DNA of 64,000 nucleotides, taken from the IMG/VR virus record IMGVR_UViG_3300045051_000179, positions 47,051 through 111,050 of that record, one strand, 5' to 3'. The position numbers and the translations under genes are program-made. A model generated the notes under the pieces. That model did not search any database. It was not told the origin of the DNA and saw nothing but the letters and a program-made list of their open reading frames with translations. Each line of letters opens with the position of its first letter. Position 1 is the first letter of the stretch. Source of the DNA: a virus. Taxonomy: Duplodnaviria; Heunggongvirae; Uroviricota; Caudoviricetes. Shown here one piece after another: positions 37,401-46,140 of this stretch.

Positions 37401-38263
37401 GGAATTCCAATCTCTTGTAGTGTACCACCATTTAGCAGGTGGAGTGTAATGTCCTTACCCTTTGTTGGTCGGACCCTTATGGCCTTTTCGTTGAGAACAC
37501 TCGTTGAAATTTCAGCAGCCTTGTCTCCCGCATCATCTGCATCGAATGCTAAGTATACGCTCTTTGCCCAGAAGATGTCAAGTCCCCATAATTCGAATGT
37601 AGTCTTCGTCATGGATGCACCGGGGATAGCCCCGATACCCCATGTCTCATCAAGATGTCGAGTCTTAGACCAGACGGCGTGAGCATCGCTTTCACCCTCT
37701 GCGAGAATGACATTTGGCCTGCCTCGAAGATCATTGATGTTGTACAGCACTCGACGGCTGCCAGTCTCCATGAACTTCTTGCCAACCTTTGGTCGATATT
37801 TGATACCGGCCACGGATTCGTCATCGTAGTAAGGATAGGCTATGCAATTACCGAAGGGCTTCCAACCGAGACCAAAGTGTTTGACTACCCTTGGGTCAAG
37901 ATCGCGGCGTACGATATATTCTGTGACCTCCTGCGGAGCCATGGAGTAAAGGTTGCGCCTTAGTTCCTTGGCCAGATCAGCAAAGTCCCTGCGTTCTTCG
38001 TACATCTGGTTCGATGTTGACTCATATGCCTGTAAGGCGACTTGAATCTCATCAAGTTCTTGACCCTGCTTTCCGGCTAGTTTCCAGATGCCACCCTTCT
38101 CGGGGCAGCCGAAGCAGTAGAAGAATCCTCGATCCAGATCGATAGATAATGATGGGACTCGATCATCATGGAAGATGCAGTTTGTCAGAAAGTTCTGACT
38201 ACGCTCATGTACTGGCCGATCTAGAATCTTGGATATCAGATCGGTGTAGGCGTAACGGCTCAA
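37397..38263 (-). CDS. dnaG: DNA primase (DnaG-like; CHC2 zinc finger plus TOPRIM domain).
   Basis: CIFHDDRVPSLSIDLDRGFFYCFGCPEKG is a CHC2 zinc finger. ILAEGESDAHAVW and LAFDADDAGDKAA are TOPRIM motifs. Confidence 0.75.
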   Translation of the reverse strand: MSRYAYTDLISKILDRPVHERSQNFLTNCIFHDDRVPSLSIDLDRGFFYCFGCPEKGGIWKLAGKQGQELDEIQVALQAYESTSNQMYEERRDFADLAKELRRNLYSMAPQEVTEYIVRRDLDPRVVKHFGLGWKPFGNCIAYPYYDDESVAGIKYRPKVGKKFMETGSRRVLYNINDLRGRPNVILAEGESDAHAVWSKTRHLDETWGIGAIPGASMTKTTFELWGLDIFWAKSVYLAFDADDAGDKAAEISTSVLNEKAIRVRPTKGKDITLHLLNGGTLQEIGIP

Positions 38264-38505
38264 AGGTTATCCTCGGCCCTATCAAAGCCCTTTCGCAATT
38301 GCCTAGCCGTATCAGTATGTTCATGTTTCACGAGTTGGGAATCGACCAGAACAAGCGTACGAAGTAGGTCGGAGATTGCTTCCTTCACAATTGGCTCATG
38401 ATATTCAAGTCTTGCTAGAAGATTCTCCACCCTCTGTAGTGTTATCCGTTGATGTTGTGCCACTGTCGGCCTCCTTGCCTGCTGCTTGCTGGCAAAGCAA
38501 GTCAT
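38260..38505 (-). CDS. Hypothetical protein.
   Basis: A small ORF in an operon context. Confidence 0.35.
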   Translation of the reverse strand: MTCFASKQQARRPTVAQHQRITLQRVENLLARLEYHEPIVKEAISDLLRTLVLVDSQLVKHEHTDTARQLRKGFDRAEDNL

Positions 38506-38722
38506 ATGTCTGTCTGTCGATAATCATCTTGCCATCATCGGTAGCGGTGAAGATGAGTTCCGAGATACCGGGTTCATCCGAGTCGCTGAACTGCGCTGTG
38601 AGTTTCCGGCCATCTTCAGTTCGGGTGCCCCATTGATCGATCAATGCCTCGGCTACCTTCACTAGGCGTACGCCCTCCGGAAGATAGATATTGAGGATAT
38701 CGATCTTAGCAAAGGCCCTCAT
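38405..38722 (-). CDS. Hypothetical protein.
   Basis: A small ORF. Its start is uncertain because it overlaps the upstream ORF. Confidence 0.3.
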   Translation of the reverse strand: MRAFAKIDILNIYLPEGVRLVKVAEALIDQWGTRTEDGRKLTAQFSDSDEPGISELIFTATDDGKMIIDRQTYDLLCQQAAGKEADSGTTSTDNTTEGGESSSKT

Positions 38723-39033
38723 CAGAGCGCCTTAATCAGGGCATCAATGAAGATGTCGTAGTCGTCGTGTATACTCTCTACCCAGCCATGTTCGTCCAAG
38801 ACAGCGAGGCTCTCTCCATTGGGAAGTTTATATCCGGCCCTAGTAAGGTCTGCGCCTAAATCATAATCCCATCCGGAATTCCCAAATGGCCTCTTGCCCG
38901 AGAATCCTTCCTGCTCGTCCCACAGGGTCAGTAGTAGTTTCTTGAAGTAATCCCTTGCGCTAGTGGCGCCAGAGTCATAATCATTGATAGGAAAGTCGAG
39001 GGCATCACGAAGTTCCGTTGGCGTTATCTTCAT
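38722..39033 (-). CDS. Hypothetical protein.
   Basis: A 103-aa ORF. Confidence 0.4.
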   Translation of the reverse strand: MKITPTELRDALDFPINDYDSGATSARDYFKKLLLTLWDEQEGFSGKRPFGNSGWDYDLGADLTRAGYKLPNGESLAVLDEHGWVESIHDDYDIFIDALIKAL

Positions 39034-39036
39034 TGT

Positions 39037-39423
39037 TTACATATCCCCCGGCTTACGGTAGGAAATCTTGGTTACCGGCGTAGTCGTAACTGTTCCTCTA
39101 TTCTCGGCATAGAATTCCATGTGCGATCCGACAAGCAGACGATCAACCATTATCATTGACCCGCCGAAGGTGGCGCCATTAGGACGACCCCTGACCCAAT
39201 CTTCGCCAACATACCCGCCACGAACGAAACCATTGCCAAGATCGAATTGGTAGATCGTGTTCAGAGTATGAACTGAGAGCAAGCCATTCAACCCAGAGAA
39301 GTCGAACTCCTCACTATGATCCAGTTGGTCAAGAAACTGCGGAGCATTGACATCAAACCCATCGTGGTTATTTGCCATCTGCCTTCTCCCTTGCTGCTCT
39401 CCTGTTTCCGCATTCCATGGCAA
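39037..39423 (-). CDS. Hypothetical protein.
   Basis: A 128-aa ORF. Confidence 0.4.
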   Translation of the reverse strand: MPWNAETGEQQGRRQMANNHDGFDVNAPQFLDQLDHSEEFDFSGLNGLLSVHTLNTIYQFDLGNGFVRGGYVGEDWVRGRPNGATFGGSMIMVDRLLVGSHMEFYAENRGTVTTTPVTKISYRKPGDM

Positions 39424-39568
39424 CAGCCTTCTGTTGCTCGGGTGTGACTGTCTTGCCGGTCGGGATGTGACAAGTGTAGATCATTACTCCTGTCTTTCGA
39501 TCACCGACCAGCAAGGTGTCAAATGGCCCTTGCAGTGTTCCGCAATTACCACAGGTTCTAGTAGGCAT
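39368..39568 (-). CDS. Cys-rich small protein.
   Basis: Contains CGNCG ... C ... C. The ATG start was chosen over the TTG start used by the ORF track. Confidence 0.3.
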   Translation of the reverse strand: MPTRTCGNCGTLQGPFDTLLVGDRKTGVMIYTCHIPTGKTVTPEQQKAVAMECGNRRAAREKADGK

Positions 39569-39694
39569 TAGCCAACTTTGCTGCAAGCAGCATTAGTATC
39601 ACCTTATGATCAGCGGTCAGTGTCACAAAATACATCTGGTTGACGAGTTCGTTATAGATTCGAAGGACTTCTGCTGTCTTCTCTCTTGTAGTCA

Positions 39695-39937
39695 TTAGAC
39701 CGGGAAGACTTCATCGATAGAAAGTTCCTTGCCCTGCGCAGCATCGGCTACTGCCTGATAGAAGACGCCGGGATAGTTCGCTGCGACATCAGCCTTGGAA
39801 ACAAATTCCTCGTCTACCTGTGCCGTGCCATCGGCAAAGACTTTAAACGGGGCAAGACCTTCCTTGCCCGGACGCCGAATGAAACCGTCGAATGTAACTT
39901 CTGCCATGTTAATTGCCCTCCTGAGGCCATACTTCAT
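39695..39937 (-). CDS. Hypothetical protein; paralogue of the next gene.
   Basis: C-terminus reads KELSIDEVFPV. Confidence 0.4.
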   Translation of the reverse strand: MKYGLRRAINMAEVTFDGFIRRPGKEGLAPFKVFADGTAQVDEEFVSKADVAANYPGVFYQAVADAAQGKELSIDEVFPV

Positions 39938-40172
39938 CGATACTCAGCCAGTTATCGGCCTTGTAGTCTTCTAGTGTCTTGTAAAACCTGCTGCCATATT
40001 CGTCAGCAAAGTACGCTTTGTCTTCTACGTCGTCGGCTAGTTCGTCGTTGACATAGATATCAACGAATGGCGGGTCAGAGTAGATTTCAATCCGCTCCAA
40101 CCCACGATCATTGTTGAGTTCGATATATCCTTCCCAATACGCCTTACGCATCGCGATTGATACTCCTCTCAC
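39909..40172 (-). CDS. Hypothetical protein; paralogue of the previous gene.
   Basis: C-terminus reads NWLSIDEVWP. Confidence 0.4.
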   Translation of the reverse strand: MRGVSIAMRKAYWEGYIELNNDRGLERIEIYSDPPFVDIYVNDELADDVEDKAYFADEYGSRFYKTLEDYKADNWLSIDEVWPQEGN

Positions 40173-40575
40173 TGTCGAATCCAGAAGGATACCGGGCCTT
40201 GAGTTTGTCGATATTGGCAGTCGCTACCTCCGACAGAGAAAAGCCATACTTGTCAGCAAGACAGGCAACGTACCACAGTTCGTCACCCAGTTCCTTAAGC
40301 ATCTTGTCTCGGTCCTCCGAGTGACCATGCCCAATTTCCTTCTTGACGATATCCGCAATAGCACCAGCCTTCATGGATAGACGAGTCGAGAGTTCCAGAA
40401 TCTCAGCCGCCTCGCCCGCCAGACCTAGGGTGAATACGGCCTTAGCAATATTCGAATCCGGATAAATGGAGGCAGTGCGGAGGGCTTCCATTTGGTATCG
40501 ATTGAGCGTTTCGATGTCACTCATGCTTGTATCCATACCATCTAGTTCCCCTAACATCGGGAAACTCAGCATCAA
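40144..40575 (-). CDS. mazG: MazG-like nucleoside triphosphate pyrophosphohydrolase.
   Basis: EAAEILE ... GDELWYVACLA ... LSEV ... NIDKLKAR matches the MazG motif pattern. Confidence 0.7.
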   Translation of the reverse strand: MMLSFPMLGELDGMDTSMSDIETLNRYQMEALRTASIYPDSNIAKAVFTLGLAGEAAEILELSTRLSMKAGAIADIVKKEIGHGHSEDRDKMLKELGDELWYVACLADKYGFSLSEVATANIDKLKARYPSGFDSERSINRDA

Positions 40576-40720
40576 AGTTCTTGATCACGATCTTGCTGAT
40601 TGGAACAATCAGGAAGTGACCGCCCTCTGGTCCCCTCGTCGCTATAGCAGCAGTGCCATTGGGAAAAATCTCCAATAACACTGCTTCTATGTTGTCGAGA
40701 TATGCTACCGGAATCCTCAT
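40517..40720 (-). CDS. Hypothetical small protein.
   Basis: A 67-aa ORF overlapping its neighbours. Confidence 0.3.
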   Translation of the reverse strand: MRIPVAYLDNIEAVLLEIFPNGTAAIATRGPEGGHFLIVPISKIVIKNFDAEFPDVRGTRWYGYKHE

Positions 40721-41319
40721 CAGAATGGAAGTTCATCCTCGAAGATTTCCTTCGCTGCCTTGCTGACCTTGGCTGCATCGGCATCCGACAACTTTGAAGC
40801 GGCAACAGATGCCACATCCTCATCGGCTGGCTTCACCGGGCGGGGCTTGCGCTGACGGAGAATTCGGTAATCAGTAACCTTGTGCTTGCCATTGTTGTGA
40901 ACAACGGAAGCGACAAGGCGCTTCCCTTCAAGGTCTTTGAAGTCCTCAAGGTCAATCTCGTCATCGACAGCCACACCAAGCGCGGCGGCAAAGAACTTGC
41001 GGGCTCGGGCCGGAACTGGCAGAAGCCCAACGTGGGTTGGATCAATGAAACCAAAAAACAGACGGTCATCACCAACAGGGTCGCCATGCTCGTCTACGAG
41101 TTCGCCGCCATCCAAGAAGGAAATGGGACGAAGTAGAACCTTGAGCGTGTCGCGAACGATGTTGTTGCCGTCTGCATCCTTGCGATACAGGTCAACCTGA
41201 TTCTTCTGGACCTGTACTTCCTTGATTTCGACAATGTAGTCGTCTTCTGGAAGAAGTGTATAGGTTGTGTTAGTACGATTTGCTTCATATTGCTCGGCGG
41301 ATGGAGCGTGGAAAGCCAT
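40720..41319 (-). CDS. Putative ssDNA-binding protein.
   Basis: The acidic C-terminal tail ends ...IFEDELPF, resembling the SSB DDDIPF protein-interaction tip. It lies in the replication block. Confidence 0.45.
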   Translation of the reverse strand: MAFHAPSAEQYEANRTNTTYTLLPEDDYIVEIKEVQVQKNQVDLYRKDADGNNIVRDTLKVLLRPISFLDGGELVDEHGDPVGDDRLFFGFIDPTHVGLLPVPARARKFFAAALGVAVDDEIDLEDFKDLEGKRLVASVVHNNGKHKVTDYRILRQRKPRPVKPADEDVASVAASKLSDADAAKVSKAAKEIFEDELPF

Positions 41320-41429
41320 AAGGAATTCCTCCTGATCTTAAACAGAGACTCTGCTTCTAATTACGGGATGAGTCGATCCCAATCAACGGTATTGATTATA
41401 CCACAGATGATGGAAGGTTGTCAAGTCTT

Positions 41430-41648
41430 TTATCGAGATATTAGTTGGATGTTTGATTCTCCCTCGAAGTAGATATCCGCATCGAGAGTCATCGTGACCT
41501 GAGCCCATTCATTTGTACTCACATGGAAACTGATATCAGTCAGTCCCCTAATCTCTTGACCGTCCATCTCCACCTTGGTAAGGATGCCCTTACCCTCCGG
41601 GCACGTAATCTTGATCTTGTGTGGATGCCATTCAGCAGCGGGACTCAT
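41430..41648 (-). CDS. Hypothetical protein.
   Basis: A 72-aa ORF. Confidence 0.35.
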   Translation of the reverse strand: MSPAAEWHPHKIKITCPEGKGILTKVEMDGQEIRGLTDISFHVSTNEWAQVTMTLDADIYFEGESNIQLISR

Positions 41649-42238
41649 TTCTTCCTCCTGCCCGGTGAACGACTGGTTTGATCTTCTTTGGAGTATCCGA
41701 TTTTCGCAGCAGTACCCTGCGCCTTCTTTGCAAGGAATAGCCTTTCATAGGAAAGCAATTCTGCATGACGATCTTCGGTGATGATATGCAGCGGCGGAAC
41801 GCGCTTGCCATTCGGAAACGAGATAGCGTCATTCGTTGGATTGATTCTGATCATTGGGGCCTTACCCCATTCCTCTGCTCGTTGATTAACCTTCAACCAG
41901 TATCTCCCTAGTTCTGCCGGTAAAACTTCGGAAACGATCTGAATGCCATCACGGACAACAGTATTCCATTGTGTCCACAGAAGTGAACCCATCTTCTCGT
42001 TCTTGTTTTCCATAGCATAATGCAGCGACAATGCATCAAACTGCAAGGCGGTTACATGACCGACTCTACCAGTCGATGAAACTATCCCGCCACCCGGCTT
42101 GAATTTCGGGTCGGGACCATCGTGCTCCATGAGCCATTTTGCTCCGCGTCTTTCATCATCCTTGCTGCGGCGCAGCCTGCGCTTGGCATCTGAGTTAATG
42201 AAGATGTTGACGGATTTTGCTTCAATTTCCTCATTCAC
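41645..42238 (-). CDS. Hypothetical protein.
   Basis: A 197-aa ORF with a basic C-terminus. Confidence 0.4.
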   Translation of the reverse strand: MNEEIEAKSVNIFINSDAKRRLRRSKDDERRGAKWLMEHDGPDPKFKPGGGIVSSTGRVGHVTALQFDALSLHYAMENKNEKMGSLLWTQWNTVVRDGIQIVSEVLPAELGRYWLKVNQRAEEWGKAPMIRINPTNDAISFPNGKRVPPLHIITEDRHAELLSYERLFLAKKAQGTAAKIGYSKEDQTSRSPGRRKK

Positions 42239-42566
42239 TCTTGGTATCAGCCTTTGAGTTGTTGTTAGACTTGATGAACGTTACAAAGATCATCAGCATA
42301 ACGACAATACCAAACGCACCTTGAAATGACAGTGATGGCCAACCCATGTCCTTGGCTGCTAGATTTTCGGCCCAAGATAGAATTGCCGCAATACCAGCAG
42401 TAAACGCAATAGTTAAGGCAAGCATCCCAACGCTGCCAATGATGATTGACTTCAAAACAAACTCCTCACTCGTATTGCAGTTCTGTAACTGCCACGAGAT
42501 ACTTCCCCTGTTCACCGAACACCATGTTATTGGTGCAACCACAGGGCACATAGTCAATATTGCCAT
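42231..42566 (-). CDS. Small membrane protein (3 predicted transmembrane helices).
   Basis: Hydrophobic helices include IIIGSVGMLALTIAFTAGIAAIL and FGIVVMLMIFVTFI. Confidence 0.4.
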   Translation of the reverse strand: MAILTMCPVVAPITWCSVNRGSISWQLQNCNTSEEFVLKSIIIGSVGMLALTIAFTAGIAAILSWAENLAAKDMGWPSLSFQGAFGIVVMLMIFVTFIKSNNNSKADTKSE

Positions 42567-42687
42567 CCTGCTGCCTGCGCAGGGTCAGGATCGTACAAGA
42601 TTCTAATGCTGCATGGTCAGGGTCCTTGCAGTTTAGGCACCAGTTCGCAGGCCAGATTGATACGGGTATTACTCTCGGTGCCATCAT
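42466..42687 (-). CDS. Cys-rich small protein.
   Basis: Contains CLNC ... C ... CGC. Confidence 0.3.
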   Translation of the reverse strand: MMAPRVIPVSIWPANWCLNCKDPDHAALESCTILTLRRQQDGNIDYVPCGCTNNMVFGEQGKYLVAVTELQYE

Positions 42688-43028
42688 GATTGTCCACGTC
42701 CCTGCCTCCGTCGAGCAAATGCAGACGAAAAGGGAATCTCGCGCTGATGTACTGTTCGTTCTCTACGGCGATTGATCACGCCAAGTTTACGTAGGGATAC
42801 ATGATCGTGCTTCGCCATGGCCTCTAGGAGGTCTGTGGCTTCATCTTCTAGTGATTGTTGAATACTATGCTGCGTCATCTGCAACACCATTAGCGATCTT
42901 GGTGATCGTCCTTTGCATACGCTTCCTAGCAGCCGCAGTAGTGGTTGATCGCACGGTGTGAGACGTGATGTTCGCCCATTGGGCTGCTTGTTTCGGTGAT
43001 AAACCATCACACCAAGCGAGCGTTTCAA
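42684..43028 (-). CDS. Hypothetical protein.
   Basis: A basic ORF that overlaps its neighbour. Confidence 0.3.
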   Translation of the reverse strand: MKRSLGVMVYHRNKQPNGRTSRLTPCDQPLLRLLGSVCKGRSPRSLMVLQMTQHSIQQSLEDEATDLLEAMAKHDHVSLRKLGVINRRRERTVHQREIPFSSAFARRRQGRGQS

Positions 43029-43308
43029 TACGTTCCTGTAGGGGCAACTTATTGACTGCCTGCTCGGCGTCGAGTAAATCTAGATGATAGTCGTTTCCGA
43101 TGACTGATGAATACGATGTTGACATATCGTCTGCATCAGCCGCTCGGGCTGGTCCTGCCGTGATGATACTCCCACCGGGATTCTCAAGAGCAGCGCGGAT
43201 ACCATGGCGTTCGATTAAGAGTTTCTTGATATATTCGTTGAGCCTGTATAAACCCTGCGAATCGTAACTCTCTCTTACGCCTTCATAGGCGCTAGGATTA
43301 CTGGCCAA
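42865..43308 (-). CDS. Sigma-70 region-4-like helix-turn-helix protein (small sigma or anti-sigma-like regulator).
   Basis: LPLQERIETLAWCDGLSPKQAAQWANITSHTVRS is a region-4 HTH signature. Confidence 0.5.
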   Translation of the reverse strand: MASNPSAYEGVRESYDSQGLYRLNEYIKKLLIERHGIRAALENPGGSIITAGPARAADADDMSTSYSSVIGNDYHLDLLDAEQAVNKLPLQERIETLAWCDGLSPKQAAQWANITSHTVRSTTTAAARKRMQRTITKIANGVADDAA

Positions 43309-44336
43309 TATGAATCTCCACTGACTCGGATTAGACTGGCACGTCCATCCGAGTATTCCACAGTGACGGTTGTTCCATCGACTGTCGAAAGGGCCTTGAT
43401 CAGTAGCGAGGCATCGACAAGAATCTTACCCTTGCCGGTGACATTCGCTTCAATTTCAACTCTCCCTGATTGTGCGCCACTGATGCTAAGGGTTTTCTCC
43501 GTGGCGTTGAGAGTAACCTTGTTGAACTCTGTTCTACCCTTCAGCGATTTGAAGGATTCGATAAGCGTCTTACGGTTGGCTGATATTGAGACATTATGCT
43601 CGAATTTGGGTAATGATGGCAGTTTGCCATAGCCCGGTCGAAGCACGGAAACGACTCGATATCTGCCTGATCCTATTTGTACTTGTGGAGATTGCGTATC
43701 ATTTCGAATTGGGAAGTAGAATCCACCAGCATCCTCAAGGCCCTTAAGGGCCGAGAATAGTGTTGACGGGAAGTGAGCATCAAAGACTTCCGAAGCGGGC
43801 AATGGCCCTACCTCGACGCCCATATGATTGTCGTTGGCTCGCAGCCAGAATGAATCCTTGACGACTGATCCATACACCTGATCATGCGGGCTAAAATCGC
43901 CTACTGCAAGATCAAGATATTTCGATGCGGCAGGGAGAAAGCCTGCATCAAACTTCACTACGGGTCCGTCACCGAATGGCTTGGGCCGGAGCAACATAGG
44001 AGTCTCATGGCCAATGTTGTCCATCGTCACGCTGCTACCAAAGGCTGTCTTTAATTGTGCCCCATCTTTGTCGATTGTGAAGAAGACCTCGCCCTTCCCC
44101 TTGAGGGCCTTCAGGGTCGTCAGGAATAATCGAGATGACACGATAGCGGTACCATCTTGGTCAGTAGGTCCAACGGTGGCCATGATCGTCTTCTCGTGGT
44201 CCCCAGCAATGAGTTTCAGGACGCCATTGTGCGCCTGAATGATGACCCTATCTGTTGGCCTATCCGCCTTCTCTCGGACAGACGCAAACCTACCTATCGT
44301 CTCTCCGATTTCCCGTAGTTCTATGAAGGTTGTCAT
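43275..44336 (-). CDS. dnaN: DNA polymerase III beta sliding clamp homologue.
   Basis: A 353-aa protein with three-domain length. LKLIAGDHEKTIMATV ... SSRLFLTTLKAL ... VFF resembles the clamp N-terminal pattern. The C-terminus reads ILAPMKA. Confidence 0.6.
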   Translation of the reverse strand: MTTFIELREIGETIGRFASVREKADRPTDRVIIQAHNGVLKLIAGDHEKTIMATVGPTDQDGTAIVSSRLFLTTLKALKGKGEVFFTIDKDGAQLKTAFGSSVTMDNIGHETPMLLRPKPFGDGPVVKFDAGFLPAASKYLDLAVGDFSPHDQVYGSVVKDSFWLRANDNHMGVEVGPLPASEVFDAHFPSTLFSALKGLEDAGGFYFPIRNDTQSPQVQIGSGRYRVVSVLRPGYGKLPSLPKFEHNVSISANRKTLIESFKSLKGRTEFNKVTLNATEKTLSISGAQSGRVEIEANVTGKGKILVDASLLIKALSTVDGTTVTVEYSDGRASLIRVSGDSYWPVILAPMKA

Positions 44337-44815
44337 TCGCCCTTCTTCAGTGCCTCATCTGCGGACTTACGATAGACTTCAAACCACTCACCAGTGTCAC
44401 CTGTTCCTGTCTGTGGTCGGTACTGCTTGATGATGCGAGCAGGGTCTTCATATCCCTGTGACTTCATTATAGCATACATCATGGCAGGGGATCGATTGAT
44501 TCCGTGGCCACAATGCACCAGTAATTTCCCTTTGCTTGGGACTGTCTTCGAGAAAGCAATGCCTCGGGCGAACCAAGAGGCTGGCTTTGGCTTACCATCG
44601 TCAAGCGTCTCAGGGAGACCAGATAGATCAAGATGCACGAATGCATCCTTGATTTCCTGTGGCTCAGGCTTATCCGGCCAGTTGACGTTGAGGATATGGG
44701 TAATACCCTCTTTCTTGAGGGCAGGGATATCGGTTATGGCTAGCGTGCCGCCAATATATAGATCGCCAGTGATCCTTGAAATGCTCAACTTGATACCTTC
44801 AACGAATCTATCCAT
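44333..44815 (-). CDS. Dual-specificity / protein tyrosine phosphatase.
   Basis: LLVHCGHGINRSPAMMYAIM contains the HCxxGxxRS P-loop, and ITHILNV matches the family. Confidence 0.8.
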   Translation of the reverse strand: MDRFVEGIKLSISRITGDLYIGGTLAITDIPALKKEGITHILNVNWPDKPEPQEIKDAFVHLDLSGLPETLDDGKPKPASWFARGIAFSKTVPSKGKLLVHCGHGINRSPAMMYAIMKSQGYEDPARIIKQYRPQTGTGDTGEWFEVYRKSADEALKKGE

Positions 44816-45237
44816 TCTTCATAGGTCTGCTTAACAATACAGCGGACAGTTCTGTTCTTCATGCCGTATGAGTATACCACATCCATATGGTCCTCGTCAA
44901 CATGCTCGAAAGCGCGACACGAGACAGCCGTCTCGACAACCCATTTATGCTCATGGGGCTTAGAATGGTTCCATCCGTGAGCAAATTGATAGTCTACGCC
45001 TAAGTTATGGAAGTATGGATCAGTATCGCAGTATGTCCAACTCTTTACCTGCAATCCAACTGGAAGAATTACTGCATCGTCAGGCGCGTTATGGCATAAG
45101 GTCAGGAATGCCTCAGCCCTGCCGGGATGCGTTGCATCTTCTGAGTCCACGGGTGTCTTCCATCTATAGGCAAACGTACCAGCACGGTAGTCTTTGTAGT
45201 CAAGTCTGAAGTCGAACGGCTTGGATTCTTCCGGCAC
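44785..45237 (-). CDS. Hypothetical protein.
   Basis: A 150-aa ORF. Confidence 0.4.
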   Translation of the reverse strand: MPEESKPFDFRLDYKDYRAGTFAYRWKTPVDSEDATHPGRAEAFLTLCHNAPDDAVILPVGLQVKSWTYCDTDPYFHNLGVDYQFAHGWNHSKPHEHKWVVETAVSCRAFEHVDEDHMDVVYSYGMKNRTVRCIVKQTYEEWIDSLKVSS

Positions 45238-45538
45238 TTAAGTCTGCTATCCTTTCGAATGCATCGGCATAGAGGTCGATACTGCGGGTTGCACTACAGT
45301 TACAATCAATGATACGTACCCTGACTTGTCTATCGTGATATCGAACGATGATATATCGTCCACGCAGATAAGATAGGTCGGGCGAAATGGCCGCATAAAG
45401 GCCGTGTGAATATCCTCTAGCGCACGCCGAAAGCGGGCCGCGAGACGAGTCATGATTGCAGTACCATGTCGCACTAACTGAGATGCCCGTACCAGATATG
45501 GTTGCCCTTGGTGACGGGACAGATGTTGGCTGCGGCAT
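45200..45538 (-). CDS. RlpA-like double-psi beta-barrel (DPBB) domain protein (lytic-transglycosylase- or expansin-like).
   Basis: SATWYCNHDS ... SHGLYAAISPD ... YIIVRYHDRQVRVRIIDCNCSATRSIDLYADAFERIA resembles the RlpA/3D pattern. The start is uncertain. Confidence 0.5.
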   Translation of the reverse strand: MPQPTSVPSPRATISGTGISVSATWYCNHDSSRGPLSACARGYSHGLYAAISPDLSYLRGRYIIVRYHDRQVRVRIIDCNCSATRSIDLYADAFERIADLSAGRIQAVRLQT

Positions 45539-45686
45539 ACTGTCCCTGATGGCAAGCAACGCAAGTGTCTGATCGGGACGAATCGCCACCGGCAAGAATG
45601 CCACGTCGGGGACCGGCGAAGATGAGGGGGAATGCGCGGTTGAGACGCTCGACCACATCAGCAGGAAGACGGATGCGCATAGTAGA

Positions 45687-46094
45687 CTACCTCGCCCTCG
45701 GTAGGTTAATGTTCGCGCTCGGCGCAGAATCAAACTTACCAAGGAACTTGATAGCATTGATATTCTGTTCGACAGCATCGAGAAGATGCGTGATCTTCTT
45801 AGCCTTCGTACGTGCATTGATTTCCTCCTGCTGTTCATCTTGCGTTTCCAGCATGGCGTAATTGTTTGCAGCGGCGTCTGACAAAGGCTTGTCGGATCGC
45901 ATCTCTTTAGCCCGCTTAAAGGCTTCTGCTTGTGCATACTTTCGCTTCATCTCTGCCTCCTCAGCAAGAGATTGTGCATCCGCAGCAAGGTTGCCGAGGA
46001 TAGCGAAAGATGTCACTAGATCGTCTAGATGTTGTGCCGTTGGATTGCTCTTAAGCAACTCCATTGTGTGCGTTAGGAATTCATCCCTGTTCAA
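45687..46094 (-). CDS. Hypothetical coiled-coil protein.
   Basis: A 135-aa ORF. Confidence 0.4.
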   Translation of the reverse strand: MNRDEFLTHTMELLKSNPTAQHLDDLVTSFAILGNLAADAQSLAEEAEMKRKYAQAEAFKRAKEMRSDKPLSDAAANNYAMLETQDEQQEEINARTKAKKITHLLDAVEQNINAIKFLGKFDSAPSANINLPRAR

Positions 46095-46140
46095 TCTGTA
46101 CCTCCAAGATACACATTATACCATACCCGTATGGTGGCTG

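Noticed and set aside
45539-45937. The N-terminal two-thirds of the 245-aa ORF at 45200-45937 (- strand).
   Set aside because: It is Ser/Arg-rich low-complexity sequence and overlaps the well-formed gene 45687-46094 in another frame. Only the C-terminal DPBB-like part (45200-45538) was kept.
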